In this document: positions 12,427 to 23,223 of the stretch, in pieces
Layout: each line of letters opens with the position of its first letter
Numbering within the stretch: position 1 is the first letter of the stretch
Assembly: GCA_000934665.2 (NCBI GenBank)
Contig: JYFJ02000399.1
Location: forward strand, 1-64,000
Direction of reading: 5' to 3'
Length of the DNA: 64,000 nt
From: Catajapyx aquilonaris
Taxonomy: Eukaryota
The notes under the pieces: model-generated
Databases searched by the model: none
Told to the model about the DNA's origin: nothing
The model's input: only the letters and a program-made list of their open reading frames with translations
Translations under genes and position numbers: made by a program

Positions 12427-15400
12427 TCACCTTTTACCAGGAATGGGACACAATTTTCTTCTTTCATCGCCACCAATCCTCATGGTCAGAGTTTTTGACT
12501 TTGAAAAGCAGGCGCAACACGAAGGGAGGCGAAATGAGTCAGTCATGGCCGCCCCATCGTCTCCCAATGCCAACAGTTTTCTGTATATGAATTTTTGTCT
12601 GCAAACTGTCTCGATACCTGCTGGTGCACGGTCATTGAACGAACACGGGCTGCCATCATTTCTGAATAACAATAATTAATTAGAAAATCCAAATACTAAA
12701 CGAGCGGTGGAAAAACTTACAGGCATTTTTCAATCCTAATTCCCTGGACATAATCTCCCTGGTTGACAACATAAAGCCAGTTGTCCTCTTTGTTTTGGGC
12801 CACCTTTGGATATATGGTGTGCTCCATGGCTCCGCACAAGGGCACCTCGTTAACGTAATCGGTCCGTTCAGCTACAATATCTGGCCTCTGCAAATGAAAT
12901 TATCATAGATCATATGCATAGGTCTATAATATTATCATCAACACATCAGTCATCATATCTAAACTACTATCATGGCATATGAAAGTTTTGCAGCAATAAA
13001 GAAAGTTAATTTGTTAAATAAGTTACACCAAAAAAGTGACACCAAAGTTCTTGGCATTAACTGCGATGAAATACACTATTAACAAAAATTAAACATATTA
13101 TTAAATCTGAACTTTGCAGCATCTAAAATTAATTCAAACTTGTCACCATATGCTCTTTATATTAGTTCAACACTGTATAAACAATAAATTATAGAGATGT
13201 CTCTTCGAAAGCATAATAAATCAGTTGAAATATAGCATTTAAACCCATTTTAATTACAGTTTCCAGCACATGCTCTAATGAGGCAGATTTGCAACAAATA
13301 TGGGTCACATTCACCATGACTTGATAAGGCAAAACTTACCGCTATTGTCAAATTATCGTCGCCATACACCTCCTGGAATTTTTGCGGGCTTATTACTTTC
13401 TTCAAAATATGACTAAGATATTCCCTGAAACGATAACACCAAGTCAGATTATTTCCAATAACAACCTCATAAAAATCATAGAGTAATTGACCCTTGAAGG
13501 GCCGTATGACTGTTCTCTATCCAGCAATATTTTTTTGCCAATTTATACATGAAAGGCAAATATTTTGAATTGTTGCTTATTGTAATAATTTTTCCCATGG
13601 CGTTATAAAGACACATACGACGGATAAGAAGGGTCTTCCTCGCAAAAGTCCTTCCCGTTGGTACAAACCGGTCTGCATTCGTCCATCCTTGGCTTCAGAA
13701 GCCTGGACTCGATCGGAACAGAATCAACCTTGTCGTCATCAGGAAATGTTATTATGGAATCCTCGCTTTCGGAAGTCCTCATCATGCGAGCACTTTGTGA
13801 GCCTCTGTCATCACGTAATCTAGGCTTTAAAGAGAGAAACAAGACGTAACCACCCTTCGCACGTGTGTAAGATAATTACAGTGTTCATGTAACCCCCCGT
13901 TACAACACGTACCTCTTGGCTGGTCAAATCCTTCCTTAGTCTAGCCGGAACACTCATAGAAACGGGCAGGCACAGGACACAACACACCTGCAATAAATGG
14001 CATATTAAAATGTTAATAAAATTTAATTGCATGCGAATAGTTGCTACTAAAAATAACAGTCGAGTGTACTGAATGTACGCAGCACAAAAATTATGGACAA
14101 ATTTACATAATATTTCATCTGCAATTCAATGATTTCATGTAGGTACAAATTATTCCATTCAGGTACAATCCGTCGCCATATTGTCTGAATAATAAAATTA
14201 TGTATTTTCCCACAGTTATTAGAAATAATATTTTTCCCACCTGATTGATCAATGTCGCCATGTTAGAACAAAAATCAGTTGTGAGTGTAAAAGGAGGACT
14301 AGTCGATAAGGCAAAAAGTTACGTGAGGGGGATCGCTCGTCTAATTGCTTTGACCATGAAACCACAAGAAAGCGATGACGTCCATTATTTACAAGGCTGA
14401 GAAAATTGATTGTCCAATAATACTTTCAAGTTCGCAGCAACACTTACGCATTTTGATAGTGGGCTAACTTCCTAGATTTTGAAACCGAGCATTGCACTCA
14501 AGTTCGGCAACCTGTATTTTTTTAAAGGATTAATAATTCAAGGATTTTTGAATGGTACCGGGGGTGGCAGAAGGTCATCGAGTATTTTGCTGCGGTCAAA
14601 CCTTTTCAAGCCTTGGTATTTGCAAGAGTTTTGTATGGCATGCAATATTAGAATAAGAGACTCATCGATCTCTATTCTGTGACCCCCAAACTATACTAAT
14701 ATGGAGTTATGCAATCTGAGCTGGTCTATTGATTGGATTTGATGCATGAAGTACATACAGTAGTGTAAACACTTCTTAGAATTTTACTATACAACCTGTA
14801 GTACTGGCTCTTGTTGAATATTCAATCGAGGTTTTATGGCCTATAAAGTATTGCCGAGTGACATTCGAAAGGGAAGCGAAGCTGAGTTTTTACAAAGAGA
14901 CTAAGTGGTGCAGTATATAAAGTCAAACAAGCCTGATAAAGCAGCCGGTTGCACCATAGCAGGTGTAGCTGGTACTGTTTATGACATTTTGGGTCATTAT
15001 TTTCAACAAGTTGCAACAATTAAGGCGGCAACTGAAATACTACCCGAAGATCTAAACCCAATTTTATTAATGCATGTGTATTATTATGTTTTATCAATCA
15101 TTAGGCTATTATTATTTATCAGTTTCTTAGCTGCCTTAGTTAGTTGACTAATTTTAGAGTAAAAAAGTTGCGATGCATTAATTAATTGCGAGTCCGCAGC
15201 AGTATGTTTAAATACGTGTATGACGCGAGCTGTGTCGGAATCAATTGTTCGCGGGAAAGTGCACTCCTACAATCACAGTAGTTGAAATATTTTGGAAGTG
15301 TTCAGCCATGATTTTTTTTTACCCTTCCTTGAACCAGGTAGCAACACGTGGGAAAGTCCGGAATCAACCCAAATAAATCATCCTCTAAAAATATTGCACG

Positions 15401-15542
15401 CACCAGCAATCAGCATAACATTTTCAGCGGAATTTCCCCACAAAAATAATACACACAAGCCCAAAAGTTTCAAAGCATGGCATTATCATTATCACAATAT
15501 TACACATGAGTAACTTACAACAGTCCAGCAGAATGGCCACAT
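12427..15542 (-). CDS. spz: Spaetzle-family (cystine-knot Toll ligand) precursor, copy A, 263 aa
   Basis: Exons (minus) 15519-15542, 13913-13987, 13619-13824, 13340-13424, 12721-12887, 12427-12661; phases are consistent. Signal MWPFCWTVVCCVLCLPVSMS; prodomain PVC..G.DFCEE...YP; putative cleavage AER|TDY; knot LC...IYP...NWLYVVNQ...QGIRIEKC...PC...VCRQKFIYRKLLAL...DSFRLPSCCAC. Orthology to a specific spz number is not established. Confidence 0.95.
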
Positions 15543-15649
15543 TTTGCAGTCTTTTGGAGTCACCAACATCACCTCGATGTACTGTACCACAGAGTCCGAT
15601 TCTTCTGCAAGTCTATTCCACTCTATGTTCACTTCAATTCTGACCTCGC

Positions 15650-15745
15650 CAATGCCGTGCAAGGATAATATTCCCCAACCCACCCACCTCCTCCCCTTTT
15701 ACAACATGCCCCCCCNCCCCCCCCTACAGCCTGACGTCACTGTAT
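15650..15745 (-). promoter_or_regulatory. Putative spz-A promoter block, conserved with spz-B
   Basis: TGCCGTGCAAGG...AATATTC, a C-rich tract and (T)GACGTCAC occur in the same order as at 21400-21500 upstream of spz-B. Confidence 0.55.
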
Positions 15746-18205
15746 GAACAATAAAAGGGCGCTCAGCCGAGTGTTACAGGTAAGTTTATGAAAATAAATA
15801 TTAAATCATATACACTACGTAAAATGTTCACTTTCAATATTTTGTACATTAGTTTCATGTAATGAATATAGACAAGTGTATTTTGCATTTTTTTAAAGGC
15901 ATTAAAGTGGTGCAAAGTGAAGAGTTTGTTTTCAGTCAAGTTTAACCAATTTCATTAGTTGTAGGAAGAAAAGGGGTTCATTATGGAAAATAAGGCAAAT
16001 TCTAAGGGTGGAAATGCTAAATAAATTTAAATACTTCCCAGATGAGAGCCTAATCCAAGAATCAAACTCCGGACTTTGACTACTAAAGCACAGTAATAAC
16101 AAATAATAAATAGATGTTAAAACTGCAAGCATGATTAACACCGTAATGTCAATATTTCGATCGATTAAAATCAGATTCAGATCACCATATCGATCGACAC
16201 TCCTTTTCGTCGTATTGTTTAGATCCAAACATTATGACTCACGCTGTCAATGATCCGCGATTCCGTGCTGGGTCAACAAAACGAAGGTTATATGGATTTG
16301 AAATATTGTTCCGGGAAAAAGGCAGAACTACTCACCCCAATATCGAGGAATTTCCAGAGGCGACCATTACACCGTGTACAGTTGCAATCACCCGAGGGGT
16401 TTGCCCTTGTCGCCAGCCGGAATCGCGTGTGACCTCGTCTTTTTCACTTCCGTCCAGTGAGCGGAATATCTTAGAGCTGGATGGAAAACATGGTATCTCA
16501 CGAAGCGGGGGATTCACCCTGCCAAATGGGGTACTCCTACTCAACCTTGGCGGATACCGAAAAAAAACTCTAGTAAACTTACTTAAACATTTTGCTAGTT
16601 ACATAACTGCATGTGCACTGCGTGCAAACGTATTAAATTTAAATATAAATAAAAAAATCTAATAATATTATTTGGATCACAGGAGCAACAATACACTTGT
16701 TACCTGTCATGGCACGGTTCAGATGGTATGAATCACTGGGATTAAATTATTCGATGTGTGAATCACATATATACGTAACCTGTCTAATGATCCGTGATGT
16801 TGCCAGTAATATGGAAATGTTATCGCAATGACACTATTGAAACTAATATTTACTGGTCACTATAGTATCCACCGTATCCGGAATAACCCGAATACTGATA
16901 AAACACTAACCTCAATTATCACACACATGTTTAACCAAATTAGGCCGGAATTCAGAGAAGGTGTTAACGGACAGTTTCAGATCATTTAGCCACCTTACAA
17001 TTCACAAACATCTGCAGTTCTTAAACGAACTCTTCTAAACATACCATTTAAACGTCGTTTGGACCATTTGCGACTATTCCGCTCGGAAGGTTTGCAAAGA
17101 AAGTGGAACATAACACACAGCGGAAGCATGTAATATGAATACTAATCATTACACATTCATAAGCCGGAAAAAAGCTCTGGTGAAAGATTGTTGATTAAGG
17201 TTACGTAATTTTTATAAACTGCTAACCTTTGTGCGTTAGATATTGAACAACATGTTCCATTTTTTTCCAAATCATTTAGCTCAAGTTAGGACAAGTTGCA
17301 ATGATTCCAGTGATATAAGCAGCACAAGGTGTCTAAAAATTACGTGCACAATCTTCTATTTTTGCAAGCATAAGAGTCACAGCTTCAGTTTGATGCTATG
17401 CTGCGATGATATCTATTCAAAGTGATTCAGTACCAAGGGCATGGCAAAAACCTAGGTAAAATCCACCTACACCCAAACCCACGTAATTAATGCTGTATGA
17501 TCATAGAGTCAGTGGGTATTCCCTTCAGCAACTAATAGTCACACTTGGCTAACAAACCGTAGCATTTCTCCCTAAATGAGATTGATCACAAAATGATTAT
17601 ACCATACGCGTGTCATTTGAATTTTCACGCTACACAAAAATGATAATGCGCTAGTGGATAACAAGCATATATTTTAACACATATAAATGTTGTAAAATGA
17701 GTATAACGATGACAATAATGTTTGACATAATTTTCATCATTTAAAAACATGTGCTTAAACATTGTTACACACTCATATTGTCAGGCATGAGTTCAGTTCC
17801 TGACAGTGTGTAATGGAAGGCTAGTTGAATGAACACAAATTATTATTAAGGTTATCATTTAAGATTACACCTAATATGAAATTTACTTAATTTCAATTAA
17901 AAAACTGGGCATAACTGGGTTTGAATAATAAACAAGGGAAACTCTCCCACAATATACACATAAATGTTCCCTTAATTTAGTGACATAATCTGGCACTATT
18001 TTAACACCACATTATTCACTTAGAAAAGAAATGCAATTTACAAAATACGCAACAAACTTATGTCTGTAATGATCACAAAAATAGTCACTCGCCAAAATTC
18101 TACTCCAGAATTTCGCGACAACTCGAGAGCAGGATCTTTTCCCCCTCCTGCTGTGAGATCACAATCAGTCGTTGTCTCCTATAGTCCGTTTCAAAAATCT
18201 TTAAT

Positions 18206-21200
18206 TTACTCATCTCCAGGAACCGGACACAATCTTCTAGGCGAAAATCCTGCCCTTCGATTTTCAACCAAGAACTTTGATTTGACGAAACAAGCGCAGC
18301 ATGACGGAAGTCTGAACGAGTCTGTGATAGTGTTTCCTTCAGCATTCAGTGCCAAAAGTTTACGGTATATAAACTTCTGTCTGCAAACTGTCTTGAGACC
18401 CGCTGGAGCTCCGTCGTTGAACTGACATGGGCTGCCATCATTCCTTGAAGATAAGAGTAGTTTCACTTGTACTGTTTTTGTGACTAAAAATTAATTACGA
18501 AAATACTTACAAGCATTTTTCCAGTCTTATGCCCTGGATGTATTCACCTTGATTCACCACAAAAAGCCAGTTGTCTTCCTTGTTCTTAGCTACCTTTGGG
18601 TATATTGTGTGCTCTAATGTTCCGCATAATGATATTTCATCCACGTAGTCGATGCGCTCTCCTACTTTGTCAGCAGTCTGCAAAATATTACATCATCATC
18701 ATTTAGCATAAAATAAGGTAAAATCCTTGTAAAAGCAACCCGTCATAACGTAATATCTCTGTGCATAATGTGATATTGTTTAGACTTTAAAACTCGCTGA
18801 TCCTACTTACAACATAAGTGAAGTTGTCGTCTCCATAAACTTCTCTGAACTCTCTAGGGCTGAATTTCTTCAGCACTCGGGTCAGGTACTCACTGCAATA
18901 GGAAACAAACAATGAGCCTCAAATCATCATGTGTCTTCACCCTTGTAAATGAACGTACGATGGATAGGCCTCGTCCTGCTCGCAGAATTCGGCTCCTTTG
19001 CCACAAACAGGTCCGCATTCGTCTGCCTTGGGTGTCAAGTACCTGGGTACTATCGGAAGTACATCTCCTTGCTCGTCGTCTGGGAATGTAATTGACGAGT
19101 CTTCGTTTTCCTCTTCTGGTCTCCCACCCAGGTGACGACTGGAAGGTTCTCCGCCTCGGAAACGAAGAGGCTGGAATAATATTATACGCCTTAAAATCAT
19201 GTCAGCAATTAAACTCAGTTTGACTAACCTCGATATCGTAATCGTGGTAACTGTGGTAATGTCCTCTTCTGCGCGATCCATCATTATTCCAGTCTGTCGA
19301 GTCCCTTTTGACTCTGTCAGTAGGGACGCTCTTGGCTACTGACACACACACGATCAGAGTGACGAATATCTGTAAAACAACGTTCAGGTTGGTACAACAT
19401 ACTGTATAATTAAGTTACATACCAACAGTATAGGCTACGGTATTTTTTAGCTTAGAATAATTCGTTCAAGGCCTGCATTTTGTGAGCCCATTCACACAAT
19501 TTCCACCTTTTCCACAAGAAAGTTGAAAAATCTCATCTTAACAATTCAAAAAATGAGTTTATAAAGTTCACTAGGGAAGATTAAATTAAAATAGAAATTA
19601 AAATGTAGCATAAGACAATTAGCGTGACACTTCGACTTACCGACTACTGAAGGTCACTATAGTTTAACAAAAAAATTTGCATTCTACAAAATGCATTTAT
19701 TACAATTTGCAACTCATATTACTTGTATCATGCAGTGTAGCTTCTAATACTACTGAACGTAGCAGCTTGCTAATTATTAACTTATCAATTAAGCCTACTT
19801 ATTCATTAATTCATCAATTAATGCTTATTTATTAATGATTGGTTACAGTTTATTAGTTAATTATTTGTTGAAGTTTATTAATTAAACTTTTAATGGGGTT
19901 AATGTGAAAAAAGCTGCAATACTGAAACAATAATTATTATTGACTGACTCTAATTAAAGTCGATAACTGCATGCTGTTTCTGCAAGGTTAATGAAACATT
20001 TTAAGAATCTGCTAATCTAATCGGCTGCAGTCAACAAAAGGAAGGAAGATAAAAAGTTTGCGGAAAACCGGTCGGAAGCAAATTGGCAGCGTATCTGTCA
20101 ATGAGACGGAAAGTGTTTTTTTTTTGGTCGAGCCCGGTTCCGTTCCGCATATAAAACCCTAACATCCTCTCAACCTACATATCGCATTAAAAAAGTGAAA
20201 ACGAATTAATATTTTTGCACCCTGATTTTAATTTCTATGCCGCCCCGGAAGAGTAGTGTTCAAATGATAATTATGATATGAGTTATTATTCAACAAGTTA
20301 CGCAACTATCAGACTATGTTATTTTATTTTATTTATTTATTGACCATGGAGGAATGCTCAAAAATGATCATTTCCCTTGAGACACACCAATATTGTTTCC
20401 CAGTGATATTTTTGGACAGCACTGACCTGCTGCATTCCACAGTCTTCAGAAGCGCAAGACACCGTGGCGGGAAGCACAGACACACAAGACACACCGCCTG
20501 AGGATTACCGTACTTGAGCCTCCCTCTGGGCTCTCAGAAGATGCGACGTGACCCACAGAAGGTCAGCCGCGGTCAGCCGGCAGTGGCTAATGAAAGGGTT
20601 CTTATTGCCATCCTTTAGGCTTCCGTTATCGCAATACCTGAAGGGTATGAATGTGGCTCGCATTCTGATTCCGTCCATTCTTTCCTAGTTGACCCCCGAG
20701 TACGTGACATCGTATACGGAAGGTTTTTGTTCCTGAATATTGCAGCATTGTAAATCATATAAAGTCTTGCCTTGGTGACCTTCACTTGCAACGTGAGGTT
20801 GAGCAGCCTCAATTAATAACAACAACTCATAATAGCTGCGGCACATACGTTGATCACGTGATTAATGTAATTGGTTTAGAGCTGCAAACAACTGAGAGAA
20901 CAACAGTCTTTCTGAAGTAAGCCATACCAACTATATACTATTGACAACCTTACATAATAAATCAAAAAGTTTGTATGTCCGGGCTACCTAACCCACTTCC
21001 GGACTACTGAGAGTACTGAAACTTGGCACACTGATAGTGCCTCTGAGGGAAAAGTCCGAGAACGACACTTTTGTTGAGTCTAAATTACTACAATTTAGGA
21101 AATTTCCGGTCTGCAGTAATCAGCAATAATCCTGGCTTAGCCTACTTTACCATGGAAACAGGCTGTGCGAAGAACACCCTTCGCTGCTAGTCCTGTACTA

Positions 21201-21291
21201 ACTTGTAGCTATTAGGTTGCGTCTATTGAATGCCTCTTAGCAATAGTCATGTTATACATCACCCTGTACTTACCACTGTCCACGACCACAT
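18206..21291 (-). CDS. spz: Spaetzle-family precursor, copy B (tandem paralogue), 285 aa
   Basis: Exons (minus) 21274-21291, 19229-19369, 18959-19170, 18811-18892, 18511-18677, 18206-18443, with the same intron positions and phases as copy A. Signal MWSWTVIFVTLIVCVSVAKS, furin-type RVKR, putative cleavage GER|IDY, full cystine knot ending DSFRLPSCCAC. Confidence 0.95.
20948..21190 (+). mobile_element. Non-autonomous Helitron-like element in spz-B intron 1
   Basis: The 3' end is hairpin GCGAAG-n6-CTTCGC followed by CTAG|T. It shares TTACCATGG and the ATAA..AAAAGTTTGT 5' pattern with the 28223 copy. Confidence 0.5.
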
Positions 21292-21399
21292 TTTAGAAGA
21301 TGTCCTGAAGCATCAAACGGTACACTCTCTTGATGACTATCAAGCTGGTGGAGCTCAATATTATTCCTCTCTATGAGCACTACGATTCTGACCACACTG

Positions 21400-21502
21400 A
21401 TGCCGTGCAAGGCAAATATTCTCACCCCCCCCCCCCTCTCCCTCCCACAACTACCAACATCTCCCCCACAACTTTACCCACCCAACCACCATCGACGTCA
21501 CA
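21400..21502 (-). promoter_or_regulatory. Putative spz-B promoter block, conserved with spz-A
   Basis: TGCCGTGCAAGG...AATATTC, C-rich tract and GACGTCAC, 110-210 nt upstream of the ATG, mirroring copy A. Confidence 0.55.
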
Positions 21503-22386
21503 CACTGAAAAAAGGGGGTGGTGTCCACTAGCAGGTTGCTGGTTTGTTGGGAGTTTAGAAAAATGGAGGAGTAGAACTAGATATGTCTATTCCAGATGGT
21601 GCGTCATGCAAAAAATAATTAAGGCGATTTTACCACCGTTTTGCATTAGGTCAGCGCCATTTAAGGAGGCAAAGTGGATCAAACGCTTTGAAAAACCTGA
21701 ATTTCTACTCGGTTTTCCTTGGATTGACTTGCTTTGCATTGGAGATTTTGTCAACCGGCTTGTTCCGGAGTTGTTTTTTTTTCGCATGGTGTTACGTCAA
21801 GGGTAAGTTACCCTGGGTGGGAAAAAGTAATGATTGTTTTATGACCATCCGTATTCCGAAGGATTTTCCAGCATAATTACAACCGCATGTGCACCTATAG
21901 CCTTGTCACAAACTGAAAGTGCGTGTACTCGATTATTTAATAGAAAATACTTCCTGAATTTGGAAAAACCCATCAGGAATAATCTCATTTTAAATGACTA
22001 TTTTTTTCAAATTTTGTCTGTAATTATATTGAGCCGATTTGTAGTCAAGTTGTAAGAACAAACAATATTCTCAAATTCCCTGCATTTTAAGCGAAAAATA
22101 CATAAAAGCAGAAATCGAGCTTTCAAATCTGTAATATAATCTAAAGTTTCCACCTAACTGTTACATATACAATTACTTAAAATTACTACACTAATAAAGA
22201 AAAATATATTGTGTGAGGAACAGTCTCATTTAGACAATTTTTCAAATAAGAAATAATAAAATAAATTTTTATTTTGTTTGAAATAATATTGCACCGTAAA
22301 GCGGATGTAAGCTCAATCATTACACCCCCTGAATAAATTGTTACAAATTTTAGTCTGTAATAAAATGGAATCAGACCCAAGCCAAA

Positions 22387-23223
22387 TCAGTACAAAACCC
22401 TGGCATGTGCTGATGGCTGATATGGCGGAAAAAATATGTAAGTCTGAGCCTGAGACCCAGTTTCAAGTGGCAGGTTCCCGGCGTTGATTGGTTTCAGAGG
22501 TTCAGACGCGTCTGAAGGTTCGTTCAGCAGATTCCGCTGCCTCAAATCCACTGGATCGTTGGGCTGAAATCCTCCTTGCAACACTGGCGCAACAGGAGGG
22601 TCTTGAAATGCACCCGATGATGGTGCATAGGACATGATGATGATGGACAGCAACAACAGCAGGAAAGACTGTTTTTCAGGGTGAAAGTGAGAAAACCAGT
22701 TGAATCAGGTCGAGTCCTGGATGTGTCAACGGATATGCAGGTGACATTACAACTCGTTACAAATTCTGATCCAGTTCATCCCATGAGATCATGAGTCATC
22801 AGGTGACGTAACTGGTATGACCATTTAATGTAGGTTAAACACACCAATAATGGACTAATATTAGTACCTAATAACTGCTAAAATTAATGCTACAAGCAGC
22901 TTCATCAAGCACTACATGTCATACAACATGTAGTTAAAGTATCAATAAACTGCAGAAGATCTAATACTTATTAAGAATCACGTTTCATGAACTTTTCGGT
23001 ATCAAGGACGACGACTCTAAATGTTCACAAACCGATAGTAGTTGCGACATGTGAGCCAAAAGCAGGTGTATCTATCATTGTACTTCCTTCCGGGCATAAA
23101 TGTGGTACACCACCATACCGCAACTGTTCTTTTTAATTATATTGCAAGAGCGGAAGAGCGGTCTGCGTCAAAGCTGTGGTCAAAATACATTAATAAAATG
23201 TCAAGAGTTGACAGACTTACCAT
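22387..23223 (-). CDS. Small secreted Pro-rich orphan protein, 94 aa
   Basis: ATG|GTAAGT at 23221-23223 splices in phase 0 to exon 22387-22668, giving MSFLLLLLSIIIMSYAPSSGAFQDPPVAPVLQGG...YIFFPPYQPSAHARVLY. Inr TCAGTT (23275-23280) with CATAAA about 28 nt upstream; AATAAA on the minus strand near 22270. Confidence 0.75.

Noticed and set aside
14441..14455. ATGC|GTAAGT as start exon of spz-A
   Set aside because: Phase 1 is incompatible with the phase-0 exon 2. The exon at 15519-15542 fits and is homologous to the spz-B start exon.
15701..15725. Ambiguous base n in a poly-C run
   Set aside because: Sequencing uncertainty in a homopolymer, not a biological signal.
16050..16095. tRNA-like B-box (GTTTGATTC, minus strand)
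   Set aside because: No cloverleaf; at most a decayed SINE head.
19423..19450. Nearby donor as first exon of spz-B
   Set aside because: In-frame TAG and no ATG.
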